A stretch of 64,000 bases of DNA from Octopus sinensis (GCF_006345805.1 NC_043001.1:6882001-6946000), one strand, 5' to 3'; counted from the first letter of the stretch, positions 1 to 13,684 are shown. Notes: generated from the sequence alone by a model not told the origin. Made by a program: numbers and translations.

Positions 1-444
1 AACGCTAGGTTGAGAGATAAAGCGAAAAAGAAATAGATTGTTTCTTTTTGTTTCCTTTTTTTTGTCAGTTTTTCAGACTCCTCACTTATTTATTTAGTTC
101 TTCCTCGCCTTTTCTTGATTTTTCTCTCATCAACTCGTCACATACTTAGTTTCTTGTGTCATGTGGACAGTGCCTGAAGATTGTCCTGAAACACCAGACG
201 TGTTACAAATACTATCTGGCATTGGCATGCTCTCACCGCATGAAACTACGCGTAGCACCTAAAAACATACATTGAGTTTATTAAATAATATATATACAAT
301 AATCCATCGCTATGTCACGGTTCACCGATCGCGGCTTATTATTTGTGCTTACATCGATTTTTCTGTGGCGTTGGTTTTGCCTTTATAATAAAATAAATAT
401 AGACAAATTATGAAAAGAATTTTATAAAAATGTACAGTTCTATT

Positions 445-545
445 TCTTATTTCTTTATTGCCCACAAGGGGATAAACATAGATGGGACACACAAAGTGAT
501 TAAGTCGATCCCATCGACGCCAGTGCGTAACTGGTACTTTATTTA
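445..545 (-). mobile_element. SINE family B fragment (body + tail)
   Basis: Reverse complement matches the body and tail of the copy at 9088-9318 (cccacaagggg...aagtcgatcccatcgacgccagtgcgtaactggtac). Confidence 0.7.
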
Positions 546-1867
546 AAATGTATTTGTTTAAAATATATTAAAATATAATTGTTTAAAATTTTAACGTGTT
601 TCCATTATTGTGTCCAACCCTGTTTATGTACTCACACACTGCAGTGAATTTTGAACCCCGCTTGAGTTCTTTTACATCGACTGTTTTCTATGCAAATTGG
701 CTTTGTACCTAAAATTCATAAGTTTATCATCTTTGAATTCTTCTGTAAGCGACGAATCGTATCGAGTTCTCTCAATATTTCGAAATTCTTTACATTCTAA
801 ATAGCATTTTTTCGTTTGTACATAGATTGTAAGATAACTTCAATATCACTGTTCCAATCTGGAAAATTCGACAGTGCTCATTCAATACCTAAATCCAATA
901 TCGACATGAACAATATTCAAAGTCCTTGCTGAGACTCCCAAAATTGAATTAATAGGTAGAAGTAGTGTATTTGTAACAGAACAATCCCATTTGTTATGTT
1001 AAGGCATTAACTAGTCATCAAATAGATTGCTAAAGTTGTATCTGTTCTTCCGAAATGTGTCGAAATTATAAGCTTATGTCAAGATACCGAAAGCTCGTAA
1101 AGAACTTATATTGCAGTTTTATACCAATTATGTCCTCTTGTCTTTTAAGAATTGCCAAATTCTCGAAGCAGTTGTGCATTCTTTTATTTTAAAATTCCTG
1201 CTCGTGAGAAAATTGCTTTCATACAAAATGCTAAAACGAAATTTGGAAAATTTATATTCTGATAAAGCCTTTTCCTTCATATATGTAATAGCTTAAAAGC
1301 TAGCTTTTGTGGAGGGCTCTCTCCATTGGTGCTTGGGCCCAACAATCATATTTGATGTACGTATTAAGTTTTATTAAAACTTGAATAATATTTTTCAAGT
1401 AATAAACAATTTTCATAGAAGCAATGGTATATTTTGACGACTTGGAACTTATTTTAAAGCTGCATGATAAACAAAATTTGTTGTCTTCCCATTCGGAGAG
1501 CAGAACAATTCTTTTCTGTCTTACCTCTTTCTTTCTTTCTCTCTCTCTCTCTCCCTTTCTGTTGATTGTTGCCAAAAATCACCATCACCAGTACCACCAC
1601 CATCGCCACCACAACTACCATATACATACCATTCAGACATCTGACGCCAGAACCATCAATACCTTTGATTTCGCCACCTTCCTCTCCGCCACCATCACCA
1701 CTGCCTCTCACATACAATTACTTTCACTCATTACCTTTACAACCGTCAATCTACTACCTCGCTCACCCTCTCTATCACTACTATTAATCTCACCCCATCA
1801 TAAGGAATAGTGAGAGAGGGGGTCAAAGTGTGACTCACTGACACACAGGAATTCAGTTTCGCATTTA

Positions 1868-1898
<31 letters not shown>

Positions 1899-2244
1899 GC
1901 GAGAGAGAGAGAGAGAGAAAGAGAAAGTAGAGAGAGACACACCAGTCTAAGTAGTAACAGATTCTTTGAAATAAAAGTCAAAGCAACTCAATAGCTATCT
2001 TTATGACTGACAAGGGACACGGGCTCTCTACAGCGAATATAGTCAGATCACCGGACCTCAATGAAAGAGTAAAATTTCTTGGACAGCGTTGGTATAAAGA
2101 ATGCTATTGGCGTTTACCTATCTCGACGGTCTTTGAAGGAACATGAGCGACATCCGATCAGTGGCCGGCAACAATATGTGTGTGTGTAAATGTGTGTACA
2201 GGCATGTGTAATGCTTGTACGTAAGCTGCCATCTTCGTAATGAA

Positions 2245-2472
2245 CGTCATTTGACTGCGTTATACTGGAGCCCCACCTTAAAGGGTGTTAGTCGAAGAAA
2301 TCGCCCCCAGGACTTATTCCTCATAAAACTAGGGTTTTTGTATCTGTTTCTTTTACTGAACCACTAAGTTGCGAGTAGATAAACATATCAACATCGGTTA
2401 ACAAACGATGGCGGGCGGGGTGCAGAAACACAGACACACACAAATATATACATACATATACATGCATATACC

Positions 2473-2532
<60 letters not shown>

Positions 2533-2677
2533 TAAATTAGAGGTAAAACCACTATTAGGCAAATTAAACATTGAAAATAAAAGCCAATGCATAAAATTAA
2601 TTAAAAAATATAAAAGTTAAAAATTAAAAAATTATTTAAATAATTTAAACTTATAAATTTTAAATATATATATATAT

Positions 2678-2723
<46 letters not shown>

Positions 2724-3145
2724 ATTTTTATATTTATATATTATTTTGTTTATTAATTAATTTATTTATTTATTAACCTTTTTTTATATAAATATCAAAA
2801 GTATTAAAAGTTTAATAAAAGATAAAGAGTAAAACACTACGATCGTTTCATGGCTGTACCAATTCGAATAACAATAATTTAAATTCAATTAATAATTCGA
2901 GTTATGGTTATAGTCAATCTTCAATGTATATATATATATATATATATATATAAATACATATATACGACGGGCTTCTTCCAGCTTCTGTCTACCAAATCCA
3001 CTCACAAGTTTTTGGTCGACTCGGTGCTATTATAGAAGACACCTACCCAAGATTTCCCGCAGTGGGACTGAAACTAGAACAACGTAGTCGGGAAGCAAGC
3101 TTCTTACCTCACAGTCACGCTTGCGCCTATCCACACAGCCACGCC
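2245..3145 (-). mobile_element. tRNA-headed SINE family A, with expanded internal (TA)n
   Basis: Reverse complement of the copies at 14859-15275 and 27333-27735; head ccacacagccacgcc near 3130-3145; internal TA/AT-rich expansion at about 2440-2960. Confidence 0.8.
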
Positions 3146-3589
3146 TCACGCGTCAATATTAAGTATTCTCGACCAGCACATTTCGGGCGATTTGGTCCTT
3201 GCTAGTGTAAATGTTTTCATTCGTTCTTACATATGTAGAGAAGAGTATAGAAAAATAAAGAAAATTTACTCCCTAAATAGGTGAGAGTTGGGGTCTGATA
3301 TTCTTTTCTACTCTAGATACAGGGCTCGAAATTATTGGGGAGGGTACCAGTCGATTACAGCGACTCCAGTACACAACCGGTACTTAATTCATCAACCCCC
3401 GATAGGTTGAAAATCAGAGTCCACCCCTGCAGAATTTGAGTTCAGAGGCTGATGTTGTTACCTAAATGACAGTTTTTTTCTATTTACGTCTCTTTTGTAT
3501 ATTGTCAGGAACAACACCATTCCTTAATCCATTACTTTGTGTAAAGCGTCTGTGTCTTAATTTGCATAGAATCTTAATGTTTATTTCTT

Positions 3590-3882
3590 CTTAAGCCACG
3601 CCTTGCACATAAGGGCCGGTTTCCCAGTTTCCTTGGCGTATAGATTCCTCACTTGGACGGGGCACCGGTCCGTCGCAGGTGAGCTGCAAGATGCAGGATG
3701 TCAGAATGAGAGAAAGTTGTGGCGAAAGATTCAGCAGAAGTTCGCCATTACCTTCTGCCGAGGCCACGTGGAGCTTAGGTGTTTTGCTCATAAACACACG
3801 CATCGCCCGGTCTGAGATTCGAACCCGCGATCCCTCGACTGCGATTCCGCTGCTCTAACCACTAGGCAATGTACTTCCACAT
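3590..3882 (-). mobile_element. tRNA-headed SINE, family C-related
   Basis: Minus strand starts gtggaagtacattgcctagtggttagagcagcgg...ggttcgaatctc (A- and B-box-like), followed by non-tRNA body resembling 13685-14005. Confidence 0.7.
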
Positions 3883-4329
3883 AAAATCATTTTCTTGCCG
3901 TTTTTAATGGGTGTTTACAGTTATTAAATCGTGGGGCGAGATTTAAAAGTAATTAACAATTACGTCCAGGTAGAGAACATTGAACATTTTGAGGGACTCT
4001 CTCCTTCTGCTGATATTTCTTGTGTGTTTTGCTGTTGGGAAACATAACAGGATTAATATGTATATAAGATAAATCTTCAATGTAGTGCTTGCAGACGCAA
4101 ACATATCTGTGTCTCCAGTTTTATAATGTAGGAAAGATGAAATCCTTACTTAAAAATATGTTCCCAGTTGGGCGTAATCTACTGTTTTAGCTTTCACCTT
4201 GACTACGAAATAACATCATGCAGAAACACGACTAGAGTATGTAGCGTTAAAACATTTACTGCATGCACAAAGAGATAAATTTCTTAACCTCTCACGGAAC
4301 ACATTATTCCAGATAATGTTACACGCCTC

Positions 4330-5620
4330 AATTTCAGCAAAAACTCACACCTAAAAGAGAATGTACGATCGAGAGAGGAAAAGAAGTTGATCTGGAATTA
4401 AATTATCAGTCTCCCGAGACTCCTCGTGATAGAAGTATATACGAAACTGACGACAAACTGTGAGAGTTATTCCAGTGCCAAGGTAATAATCAGATATAAA
4501 TGCTGAAAAAGAAGAAAAAAAAACGAACTATCATCTTAAACTTGTTCTACAGGTTTTGAATATCAATTCTAAAAACGTAGCTTGAATACGTGATAAGAGC
4601 AAACTCATTTAAGAAGAGACCCTATACTTTACAACATAAAAATAAAATGAAAAAATGTAGCAAGTGATAACAGTAACTTCATCAGAATTAAGAAATACTA
4701 ACACTGTACAATCAAAAATTAAACTCTGCGCAATAATGCTATAAATATGAAAATATGGTCTTCTTTTTTCCCCTTTATTATGCATGAAAGAATCGAACAC
4801 AACACACAACAATGGAAACAGTAAAACTTACAAATATTTGTCACTCTTCGATTTGCAATCACTGCAAAGATTAATTTAGTACACGCAAGATATAAACAAC
4901 TGGACAGTCAAATAGGCCAGCGAAATATTTGGGAGAAATTGAGCCAAAATAAAATGAAAAATCGCCACACACACACACACACATACACACACTCACGCGT
5001 ACACTGTAGCAGATGGTTTTCAGCCAAAACGACGAGTTCGCCGTATCTTTTCTCTGGTAATTTTGCGAAGCTGAGCTGTCTGCATATTTCTTATTTGGCC
5101 ACTTCCAGGCAAGCAGCCGAAACTGGTGTTTGGTAATGATAGTAAATTTGACATCGGACAAACAGTAAACATAGAATAAACGATTTTGGACTGTATTTGG
5201 CTCCTTCAAGTGTACACTCTTAAATTGACGTCAAAAATCCGCTGTCAGTTATGGTTTCGTCGACTGTGACAACCAGTTGAAGGTTGTGCCCTTGTGCCCT
5301 CATTTTTGTGCCCTTGTGTATTACAGTTAACACCCAGTGACATTCCGGAAGTTTAACTGCATCCATTGGTGAATGGGAACATTGAAGGCGCTCCTTTGAG
5401 CCTCCTACAGGATTTGGCACCATCCCATAACTCCAAACAAACACATCACTAGATTCAGTCGTTCATAAGCAAGGCGGTAAGGCCCTCAAGTAGCCCCGAC
5501 CTAAACACATTCGATTTTTTCTGTTTGATCTACCTTGGAGACGAGGTCTCGAGCACATCTTACGCTTTGCTCGACTCTCTCAAAGCAATTCTGCACCAGG
5601 AATGATTGCTAGATCAAATT
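4330..5620 (+). pseudogene. Degenerate Tc1/mariner (maT-like) transposase relic(s)
   Basis: Hand translation gives LLQDLAPSHNSKQT (about 5400) and VRPSSSPDLNTFDF (about 5480), matching the QDxAPxH and WPxxSPDLNPxD catalytic motifs; SIYETDDKL near 4435-4460 resembles the first-Asp motif; many stops and frameshifts. Confidence 0.65.
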
Positions 5621-5624
5621 GGAT

Positions 5625-5722
5625 TCTGGTCCATCCATCTGGCTCGCTAGTCCTCAGTGAAACCGTCCAATCCATGCAAGCTAGAAAGAAGACGTTAAAC
5701 GATGATGATGGTGACGATGATG
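5625..5722 (+). mobile_element. 3' tail of a SINE/RTE-type repeat ending in (GAT)n
   Basis: ...aaaccgtccaatccatgcaagctagaaagaagacgttaaac followed directly by gatgatgat tandem tail. Confidence 0.5.
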
Positions 5723-5754
5723 ATATATATATATATATACATATATATGAATAA

Positions 5755-5794
<40 letters not shown>

Positions 5795-6273
5795 TATATA
5801 TATATTTCTATATTTCTATATATATTTATATACATAGATTTACATATGCATATACGTATATATTTTTATATATATATATATATATATATACATACATATA
5901 CAAACACTTATACGCGCACACACACATACACACACATACATATATATATACATATATATATAAACAATTACAGCCAACGAAATAGGACAAATAGATACAC
6001 ATACATAAACAACCTTACCACCACCACCACCACCACCGTATATGCACATCTCCATCGTCAACGTCATCATCTCCAACTTCGCCATTATCATCATCTTCAG
6101 CCATTGCTGCGACCACCGCTAACACCACACCTACCATCAACGCCACCATCTTCATGAATTCATCATTTTCTTTTTCTCCGCCATCGTTCTAATTATATTC
6201 ACCACTGTCCTCATCGACACTTTCCTTATTATTTACGATGCATTAGTGCTCAGCAACATCTCGTGGTCGTTCT

Positions 6274-6326
<53 letters not shown>

Positions 6327-6536
6327 AGCCTGCATTCATCATTATCATTATTATTATTATTGTTGTTCTGTTATAGATTTATAGTTTTACTAATTGATAA
6401 TTTCCGAAGAAAACGCTTTTCGTAATGTCCCCACAATGATAGGTGCAGATGTTATCACTAATCACAGGGATTCTACGGAACACTTAATGTGGCTTACTTC
6501 GCTTCTGTTGCTGTATTATGATCCTTATTATTATTA

Positions 6537-6612
<76 letters not shown>

Positions 6613-6634
6613 CATTATTATTATCATCATTATA

Positions 6635-6722
<88 letters not shown>

Positions 6723-6771
6723 CATCATTATTATCATCATCATTATTATAATATAATTATTATTATCATTA

Positions 6772-6811
<40 letters not shown>
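5723..6811. repeat. Compound microsatellites (TA)n, (CA)n, (ACC)n, (ATT/AAT)n
   Basis: Direct inspection. Confidence 0.95.
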
Positions 6812-6814
<3 letters not shown>

Positions 6815-7367
6815 TGAGAGAGCAGTTCATGCCATCAACGTGACACTGGGATAAAATATACGAAGCCCAATATACCCATCATGATTACCCGTCTGATAAA
6901 GGTACACCAGGCACATGCATCACAACCATATGTGCGCGACATTGTGATCTCATATCAAGATAAACAGCACATGACCTTGCAGGTGGGGCCCAGTTAGAAT
7001 TTTCTTCAGGTTGAGTAGCCCATCCCGCTCAAACGGTCCCTGAATAAGGGTTGTTTAAGGATGTTGAAAGAACCACCCATGTTTCCAGAGGTGAACTATT
7101 CAACCCCAAAGAATCCCTCTCAACACATGGCTATGATGCTCCTCCACTACTTCTGCTCGTGATCAGAGATGCAAATATCGTCAGCCACTAAGGGACATGA
7201 TCAACTGGTTATGGTCAAACAACTGACAAGCAATTCTGTGGTATTGGGCAGAATATTTGCTGTAGCCCATCTTTTATACCAAGACAAAACAATGTACATG
7301 ATAACACTTCCAATCAGTTAAGATCAGGAGCCATGAGAGCCACTGCCTGGTACTGCATCAGGGCATT
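6812..7367. mobile_element. Non-coding 556-bp interspersed repeat embedded in (TAA)n
   Basis: Higher-GC non-repetitive block with sharp boundaries, flanked on both sides by (ATT)n; no ORF; recognised as a common octopus repeat from memory only. Confidence 0.6.
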
Positions 7368-7381
7368 TATTATTATTATCA

Positions 7382-7448
<67 letters not shown>

Positions 7449-7466
7449 ATCATCATCAACATCATT

Positions 7467-7522
<56 letters not shown>

Positions 7523-7632
7523 CATTATTATTAATATTATTATTGCTATCATCATCATCGTCGTCGTGGTCCTGGCCGTCGTCATCGTCACCATCATCAT
7601 CATCTGTAGCAGTAGCAGTAGTAGTAGTAGTT

Positions 7633-7669
<37 letters not shown>

Positions 7670-8384
7670 CAGTAGTGGTGGTGGTGGTGGTGGTGGTATT
7701 TTTTACTTATTGCATCTTTTGTACTCTCCATTATCCTTGTTCTTGCTTCTGTGTTTATTGTTGTCGTTTGTACTTCTCGATAATTACTTTTGATCTGAAC
7801 AGTCTCTCTGTCTGTCTCTCTGTCTGTCTTTCTTTCTTTCCTTCCGTCTTTCTTTCTTTCTTTGTTGCTACCATTTTTTTTCTCAAAAAGAATAATCAAT
7901 AAACACAATGAATCGAAGAACAGAATGATGTGACGAACATAGAACGAAGAAGACCAACAAGAGGAGGAGGGGAGGATGAGGAGGAGTTGTGGAGGATGTG
8001 AGGAGGAGGAAAGGTAGACTTGCTGGTGCTGGTAGTCTTAGTAGTAGTAGTAGTAGTAGGAGGAGGAGGAGGAGGGGGAGAAAACGTAGTAGAAGACGAA
8101 GATGCAGAAGAAGAAGAAGAAGAAGAAGAAGAGGAGGAAAATGATGATGATGATGATGATGATGATGATGGTGATGATGTTGAAGAAGCAGAAAAGGAAG
8201 GAGAGGAAAATGAAGAAGAAGCAGAAAGGAAGAAGAAAAAGAAGAAGAAGAAAAAGAAGAAGAAGAAGAAGAAGAAGAATAGCACAGCAACAATAATATT
8301 AATGATAATATCGAAAGCAATAATAATGATGATGATGATAATATTAATAATAATGATTTTAATAATAATAACAACAACAACAAC

Positions 8385-8416
<32 letters not shown>

Positions 8417-8490
8417 CAATAATAATAATAATAATTATAATAATAATAATTATAATGACGGTGATGATTATATTGATGATGATGATGATG

Positions 8491-8543
<53 letters not shown>

Positions 8544-8576
8544 TATAATGACGGTGATGATTATATTGATGATGAT

Positions 8577-8617
<41 letters not shown>

Positions 8618-9087
8618 AGTACGAATTGTTACCATAATAGTACCAAAGTACGAAATATAAATGAAGTGTTTCCACAATAGAATCTCAGAGAACGGAGTAA
8701 ACAGTAAACAGAAAAATGAAAGACACGACTGGCTCTACAAAGGAACACAACACAATAACTGTCACGACAATGATGACGACGACGACGACGAGGGTGAAGA
8801 TGCTTTTGATGATGGGGATTGCGGGGTGATGGTCGTTGTTGTTGGTGGTGGGGGTGTTGATGGTAATGGCGGTGGCTGTCTTGACGGTGAGGGCGACAAC
8901 AATTACGAGAACGACGATGATGACGATGACAATGACGATGTCGGTGATGACGATGATGATGCTGATGATGGTGGTGATGATGATGATGATCACGATGATG
9001 ATGATGATGATGATCACGATGATGATGATGATGATGATGATCACGATGATGATGATGATGGTGATAACGATGATGATGAGAATCAAA
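7368..9087. repeat. Mosaic of trinucleotide microsatellites (ATT, ATC, AGT, GGT, GAA, GAT, AAT)
   Basis: Direct inspection; source of the poly-I/M/D/H pseudo-ORFs. Confidence 0.95.
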
Positions 9088-9318
9088 GGCGGCGAGCTGG
9101 TAGAAACGTTAGCACGCCGGGCGAAATGCGTAGCCGTATTTCGTCTGCCGCTACGTTCTGAGTTTAAATTCCGCCGAGGTCGACTTTGCCTTTCATCCTT
9201 TCGGGGTCGATAAATAAAGTACCAGTTACGCACTGGAGTCGATGTAATCGACTTAATCCCTCTGTCTGTCCTTGTTTGTCCTCTCTGTGTTTAGCCCCTT
9301 ATGGGTAGCAAAGAAGTA
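9088..9318 (+). mobile_element. tRNA-headed SINE family B, full-length monomer
   Basis: ggcggcgagctggtagaaacgttagc...gagtttaaattcc (A/B-box-like), body, tail cctctctgtgtttagccccttatgggtagcaaagaa; homologous copies elsewhere in window. Confidence 0.85.
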
Positions 9319-10117
9319 GATCATGATGTGAATGATGATGGTGGTTATGCTTGTGGTGGCGGTGGCGGTGGTGGTGGTGGTGGAGGCGTCGGCGGTAGTG
9401 GTATTGATGTCGGTGTCGGTGTCGGTGCTGGTGGTGGTGGGATGTTTCGTGATGAGGACCAGGATATTGAGAAAGAGGAGAAAATGTCGATGACAAGGAC
9501 ACCGAGAACGATGAAGACAACATGATGACGATGATGATGATGATGACGATCGCGTTGATGATAGCGAGTAGGATGGTCAGAAGGATGACAAAACTATGAA
9601 TGTCATGATGTAAAATATGACGCTTGTGCTGATATCCGAGGAGGCTGATGTCGTTGTAAACAAGTTTATAATATTCTTGTTAAAAAAATATTTATTTGAA
9701 GCGGCTCGAATTAACTTGACGCTAAGCGACCCATTGTCAATCTCTGGTGTGGTCATTTACCAAGCGAGAAATAGCAACGCCATAGTTTCTTTTGTACTTC
9801 TATAAAAGATAAAAACTATCGTCAACCAATGCTGAATAAAAGAAGTTAGAAGAGAAAAAGTAATGAAAGTAATAAAAACATTTATGTATGGAAGTCACTG
9901 CGAAGAAGCAGTTAATATTTTTAATATTTCCATTCATATGTCTGTAATTCGTTTCGATATATCATTAACGACTTCCTTGCAGACTGCAGGTGTGTAGTCC
10001 AAAATTTAAAACCAATATTTACATGTTTACTGCTAATTTCCATTATTCTACCTTCCTATCATTTCCAACTTATACAAATATTCTGTTATTCTTTTGTATG
10101 TTTCCGTCATTTGACAG

Positions 10118-10390
10118 AGACCATGCCGGAGCATCTCCTTTAGTCGAAAAAAATCAATCGCAGGACTTATTCTTTGTATGACTAGTACTTATTTTATCGG
10201 CTCCATTTGCCTAAGCGCTAAGTTATAGAGGACGTAAACACCCACATGTGTTGTTAAGCGATGGTGAGGGTGGACAAACACAAACACACAGACATATATA
10301 TACAACGGGCTTCCTTCATCTCCCGTCTGCCAAATCCACTGACAAGGCTTTGGTCAGCCCCAGGCTATAGTAAAAAACACTCGCGCAAGT
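10118..10390 (-). mobile_element. SINE family A, partial
   Basis: Reverse complement homology to 27333-27735. Confidence 0.8.
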
Positions 10391-10932
10391 TTGACTATAA
10401 TACTACATGATATTTAACTATCGTACTACATGATAAGACTTCCACTGTTTCATTATCAATGGTCTGCTAGTGGGCGACCCCTTTAATTGTCAGCTAACAT
10501 CTTGTCATCTTGTTTAAGTTTTCCTTTAATAAACCTCATGATATTGCTTCTAATAAATCTTGATTTTTATGACGATACCAACTAGGTTGTGTGTCCTCTC
10601 CTTCAGAACTACCCCTAACAGATATTGATCTCTGTTCTCTCAGCCCTAGATATATAAGGGTTTCGATAAACTTGTCTATAAATTTAAAGTGACCCCATAA
10701 AAAAAAAATCAGTGACAGGCAGACAGCATGTTCTTTGTCAATCTCCTTAACTTCTTGGAGACTTTAGGTATAATTATACTAATGTGCCCACCTGTTCTAA
10801 TTTAATGAAATTCTATGTCTTTGTGCAGCTGAAGATTGCTCTGCATTTTAAATTGGTGTAATGATTGCATTGTTCATTTAAATGGGGTTTCATGAAACGA
10901 TTGTACTGCATTAACTCTGGATATCATTGTGG

Positions 10933-10971
<39 letters not shown>

Positions 10972-10976
<5 letters not shown>

Positions 10977-11520
10977 GCCCCAAAAGCCACTGGCAGCTTT
11001 TATTTTTGAAAAACTACCACAACTTTACAAATAAATGCATGGAATTTTGATACAATATAAAGGGTTTAATGGAAATTAATATGCACGAGTCAAATTTTGG
11101 AATAACTCTACATCACTTATGATGCCTTCACTTTCAGGTATGACCATAAGAAAAATCTTGGCTAGTCAAATCTAGGGAACATGAAGACCTGTTGACATTG
11201 CCGGACCGGGTGATTATTCTCTACAAAGCACTGTTTCACTTGCGGTATGAGCAGTTGCGACATCTTGCTGGAACCAAGTGTGAGGACTAGTTTGAATGGA
11301 TTTCACACTCCCCATACTCGACTAACCCAGATTTTTTAAAATTTTGCTGATACCTGAAAGAGAGGGTTTGCGTCTAAAAACTGGATACCCTGGTGCAACT
11401 GAAGGGGAACATCAATAGAGAAATTAGAAAAGTAGGGTCACAAAATCTTGAGAGAATTATATGAAAGTTTTGGATAGAGCACGTGCGGGCGAAGCCGAAA
11501 ATGGCTGCTACTTAAGCACT
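10972..11520 (-). pseudogene. Tc1/mariner transposase 3' relic
   Basis: Minus strand encodes WFQQDVATAHTA (about 11240-11280), the WFQQDGATAH motif; element end gggtgcccaaaag abuts a (TA)n run. Confidence 0.7.
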
Positions 11521-11699
11521 GTCATTTTTCATATGTGATTTAGTAGTGTTTCAAAATCTGACTTGCGCATATTAATTTCCATTATGTCGTTTATATCATA
11601 TCAAAATGTCTTGCTTCTTTTATTTGTAAATTTAAGGAGGTTGTTAAAGATTGAAACCCATCACTCACTTTTGGGTCACATTGTGTATAGTTATGTGCG

Positions 11700-11789
11700 C
11701 ATTTGTGTGTGCATGCATATATACATACATATATATATATATATATGCATATACATATATGTATGTATATGTATATATATATATATACA

Positions 11790-11871
<82 letters not shown>

Positions 11872-11980
11872 TATATATATATATGTACATATATATAAAT
11901 ATACATACTTATATATATATAATATATATGGGTATTGGTGAATTATTGTATGCATGTACATACACATACACACACACATT
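11700..11980. repeat. (TA)n / (TACA)n microsatellite
   Basis: Direct inspection. Confidence 0.95.
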
Positions 11981-12814
11981 TCTCTTCGGAGGCAAACACC
12001 CACTTTTCATTTGTTTCCTTCAAAATTCTACATAAGTATACGCTTATCACGGAGGGCAAAGACCTCTATCTTAACATAAATAGAAGAGCCCTTTCTAATA
12101 CATTCAGTCTTTCTTCCTACTTCACTGGCTGCAATATATTTCCTAAATTGATCATAATCTCAGCTTGTTGAAAGTTGACATGGCGCTACTACATGAGAAC
12201 AGCAATCGGTTGCAGATCACCTATTTTAGCGACCTCACTATTAAGATACGGAAATTTATCCCTAGAACTTTAAATTCTAATGGCTGTGTATTGTTTTCGG
12301 GCTACGTATATGTATACGATTACGTCAAACACTACTAACAGGCTTAATTTAACAAATATTTATCACATTAATGTATCTCAAACATGATTAATCTCGCTGT
12401 TAAACTACAATATTAGAATTCTACGCGGGTTAATTCAATATACCGCTAATAGAATGAATACTATACATACTCCTTCCATTGTTTTGGAATTTCTTAAGAG
12501 ATAAACATGTAGGCTTCACCTGATTTCACATGTGAAATGGCTTGAAAATCAATTGAAAATTGAATTAAAGACAGAACGTTATGCTGCTTTTAGTTATATC
12601 TGTAGGTAGTTGTTAAACCGTGAATGGTTCGGTAATAATTCTTCTATAGAATGACTTGCATCATCTTTCAGTTGACAATCTAAGCGATCTTCTATAGAAA
12701 CCCTGCTAATGATCGACAACCAATGAATATTGTTCGTCATTATTTTTTCAAGATACAGAGAAATAGCTAAACCTACCCCTGTATGTTTATTTACGATATG
12801 GATCGCATATATTC

Positions 12815-13210
12815 TTTTCTAATCTAGGTACAAGGTCCGAAATTTTTTGGAGGGTGCCAGTCGATAAGATCGACTCCGGTACGCAACTCGTACTTAATTT
12901 ATCGACTCCGAAAGGATGAAAGGCAAAGACGACCTCGGCGGAATTTGAACTCAAAACGTAGTGGCAGACGAAATACATATTTCTTTACTACCCACAAAGG
13001 GCTAAACACAGAGAGGACAAACAAGGACAGACAAACGGATTAAGTCGATTATATCGACCCCAGCGCGTAAGTAGTACTTATTTTATCGACCCTGAAAAGA
13101 TGAAAGGCAAAGTCGACCTCGGTGGTATTTGAACTCAGAACGTAACGGCAAACGAAATTCGGCTACGCATTTAGCCCGGCGTGCTAACATTTCTGCCAGC
13201 TCACCGCCGC
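12815..13210 (-). mobile_element. SINE family B, dimeric arrangement
   Basis: Head + body + tail 1, then a second body starting gtatttcgtctgcc with a different tail. Confidence 0.8.
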
Positions 13211-13234
13211 CTTAGAGAATACATATATTATCAA

Positions 13235-13560
13235 AAGGAGCACTCCGTCGGTTACGACGACGTGGGTCACAGCTGATACGATCAACGAAACAGCTTGCTC
13301 ATAAAATTAACGTACAAGTGGCTGAGCACTCTACAGACACATGTACCCTTAACGTAGTTCTCGGGGAGATTCAGCGTGACACAGAATGTGACACGGCTGG
13401 CCCTTAGAAATACAAGTAATACTCATTTTTGCCAGCTGAGTGGAGTGGAGCAACGTGAAATAAAGTGTCTTGCTCAAGGACAACGCGTCGCTATGAATTG
13501 AATTCCCGACCTTAGGATCGTGAGCCGAATGCCCTAACCACTCATCCACGTGCCTCCAGA
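13235..13560 (-). mobile_element. SINE family C
   Basis: Homologous to 43529-43917 (gcactccgtcggttacgacgac...gtggctgagcactc...). Confidence 0.8.
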
Positions 13561-13684
13561 TATATATTTTATCAGGGATCACATATATTCTTTCTTTTTT
13601 TTAAATGTTCAACCTTTACTGTATGCAACATAATTGCTTCATGTCTCTGTGGTTGAGCATATACACAGCATGCTTATTTCGTGT

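Noticed and set aside
170-270. CTGAAGA at about 174-180 and a later stem-loop + GAAAC (catgc...gcatgaaactacgcgtag) as a hammerhead
   Set aside because: The core halves cannot be joined with valid stems I and II without assuming a 40-nt insertion; at best a decayed pLTR
600-1500. Possible Penelope N-terminal relic on the minus strand
   Set aside because: Only a weak KRGSKF-like similarity and many stops; no diagnostic motif
3800-3882. tRNA gene (also 13685-13760, 38360-38430, 43845-43917)
   Set aside because: A/B boxes are present but the sequence runs into repeat bodies and lacks a clean acceptor stem and terminator; these are SINE heads
4335-4465. Apparent terminal exon (ttcAG then QKLTPKRE...TDDKL*)
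   Set aside because: Better explained as part of the Tc1/mariner relic (QKLT...R and xxTDxKL motifs)
5840-9525. Long ORFs of poly-I/M/D/H/Y/S (for example 7896-8675, 8020-8580, 8661-9161)
   Set aside because: They are translations of trinucleotide and dinucleotide microsatellites, open in several frames and strands; no evidence of coding function
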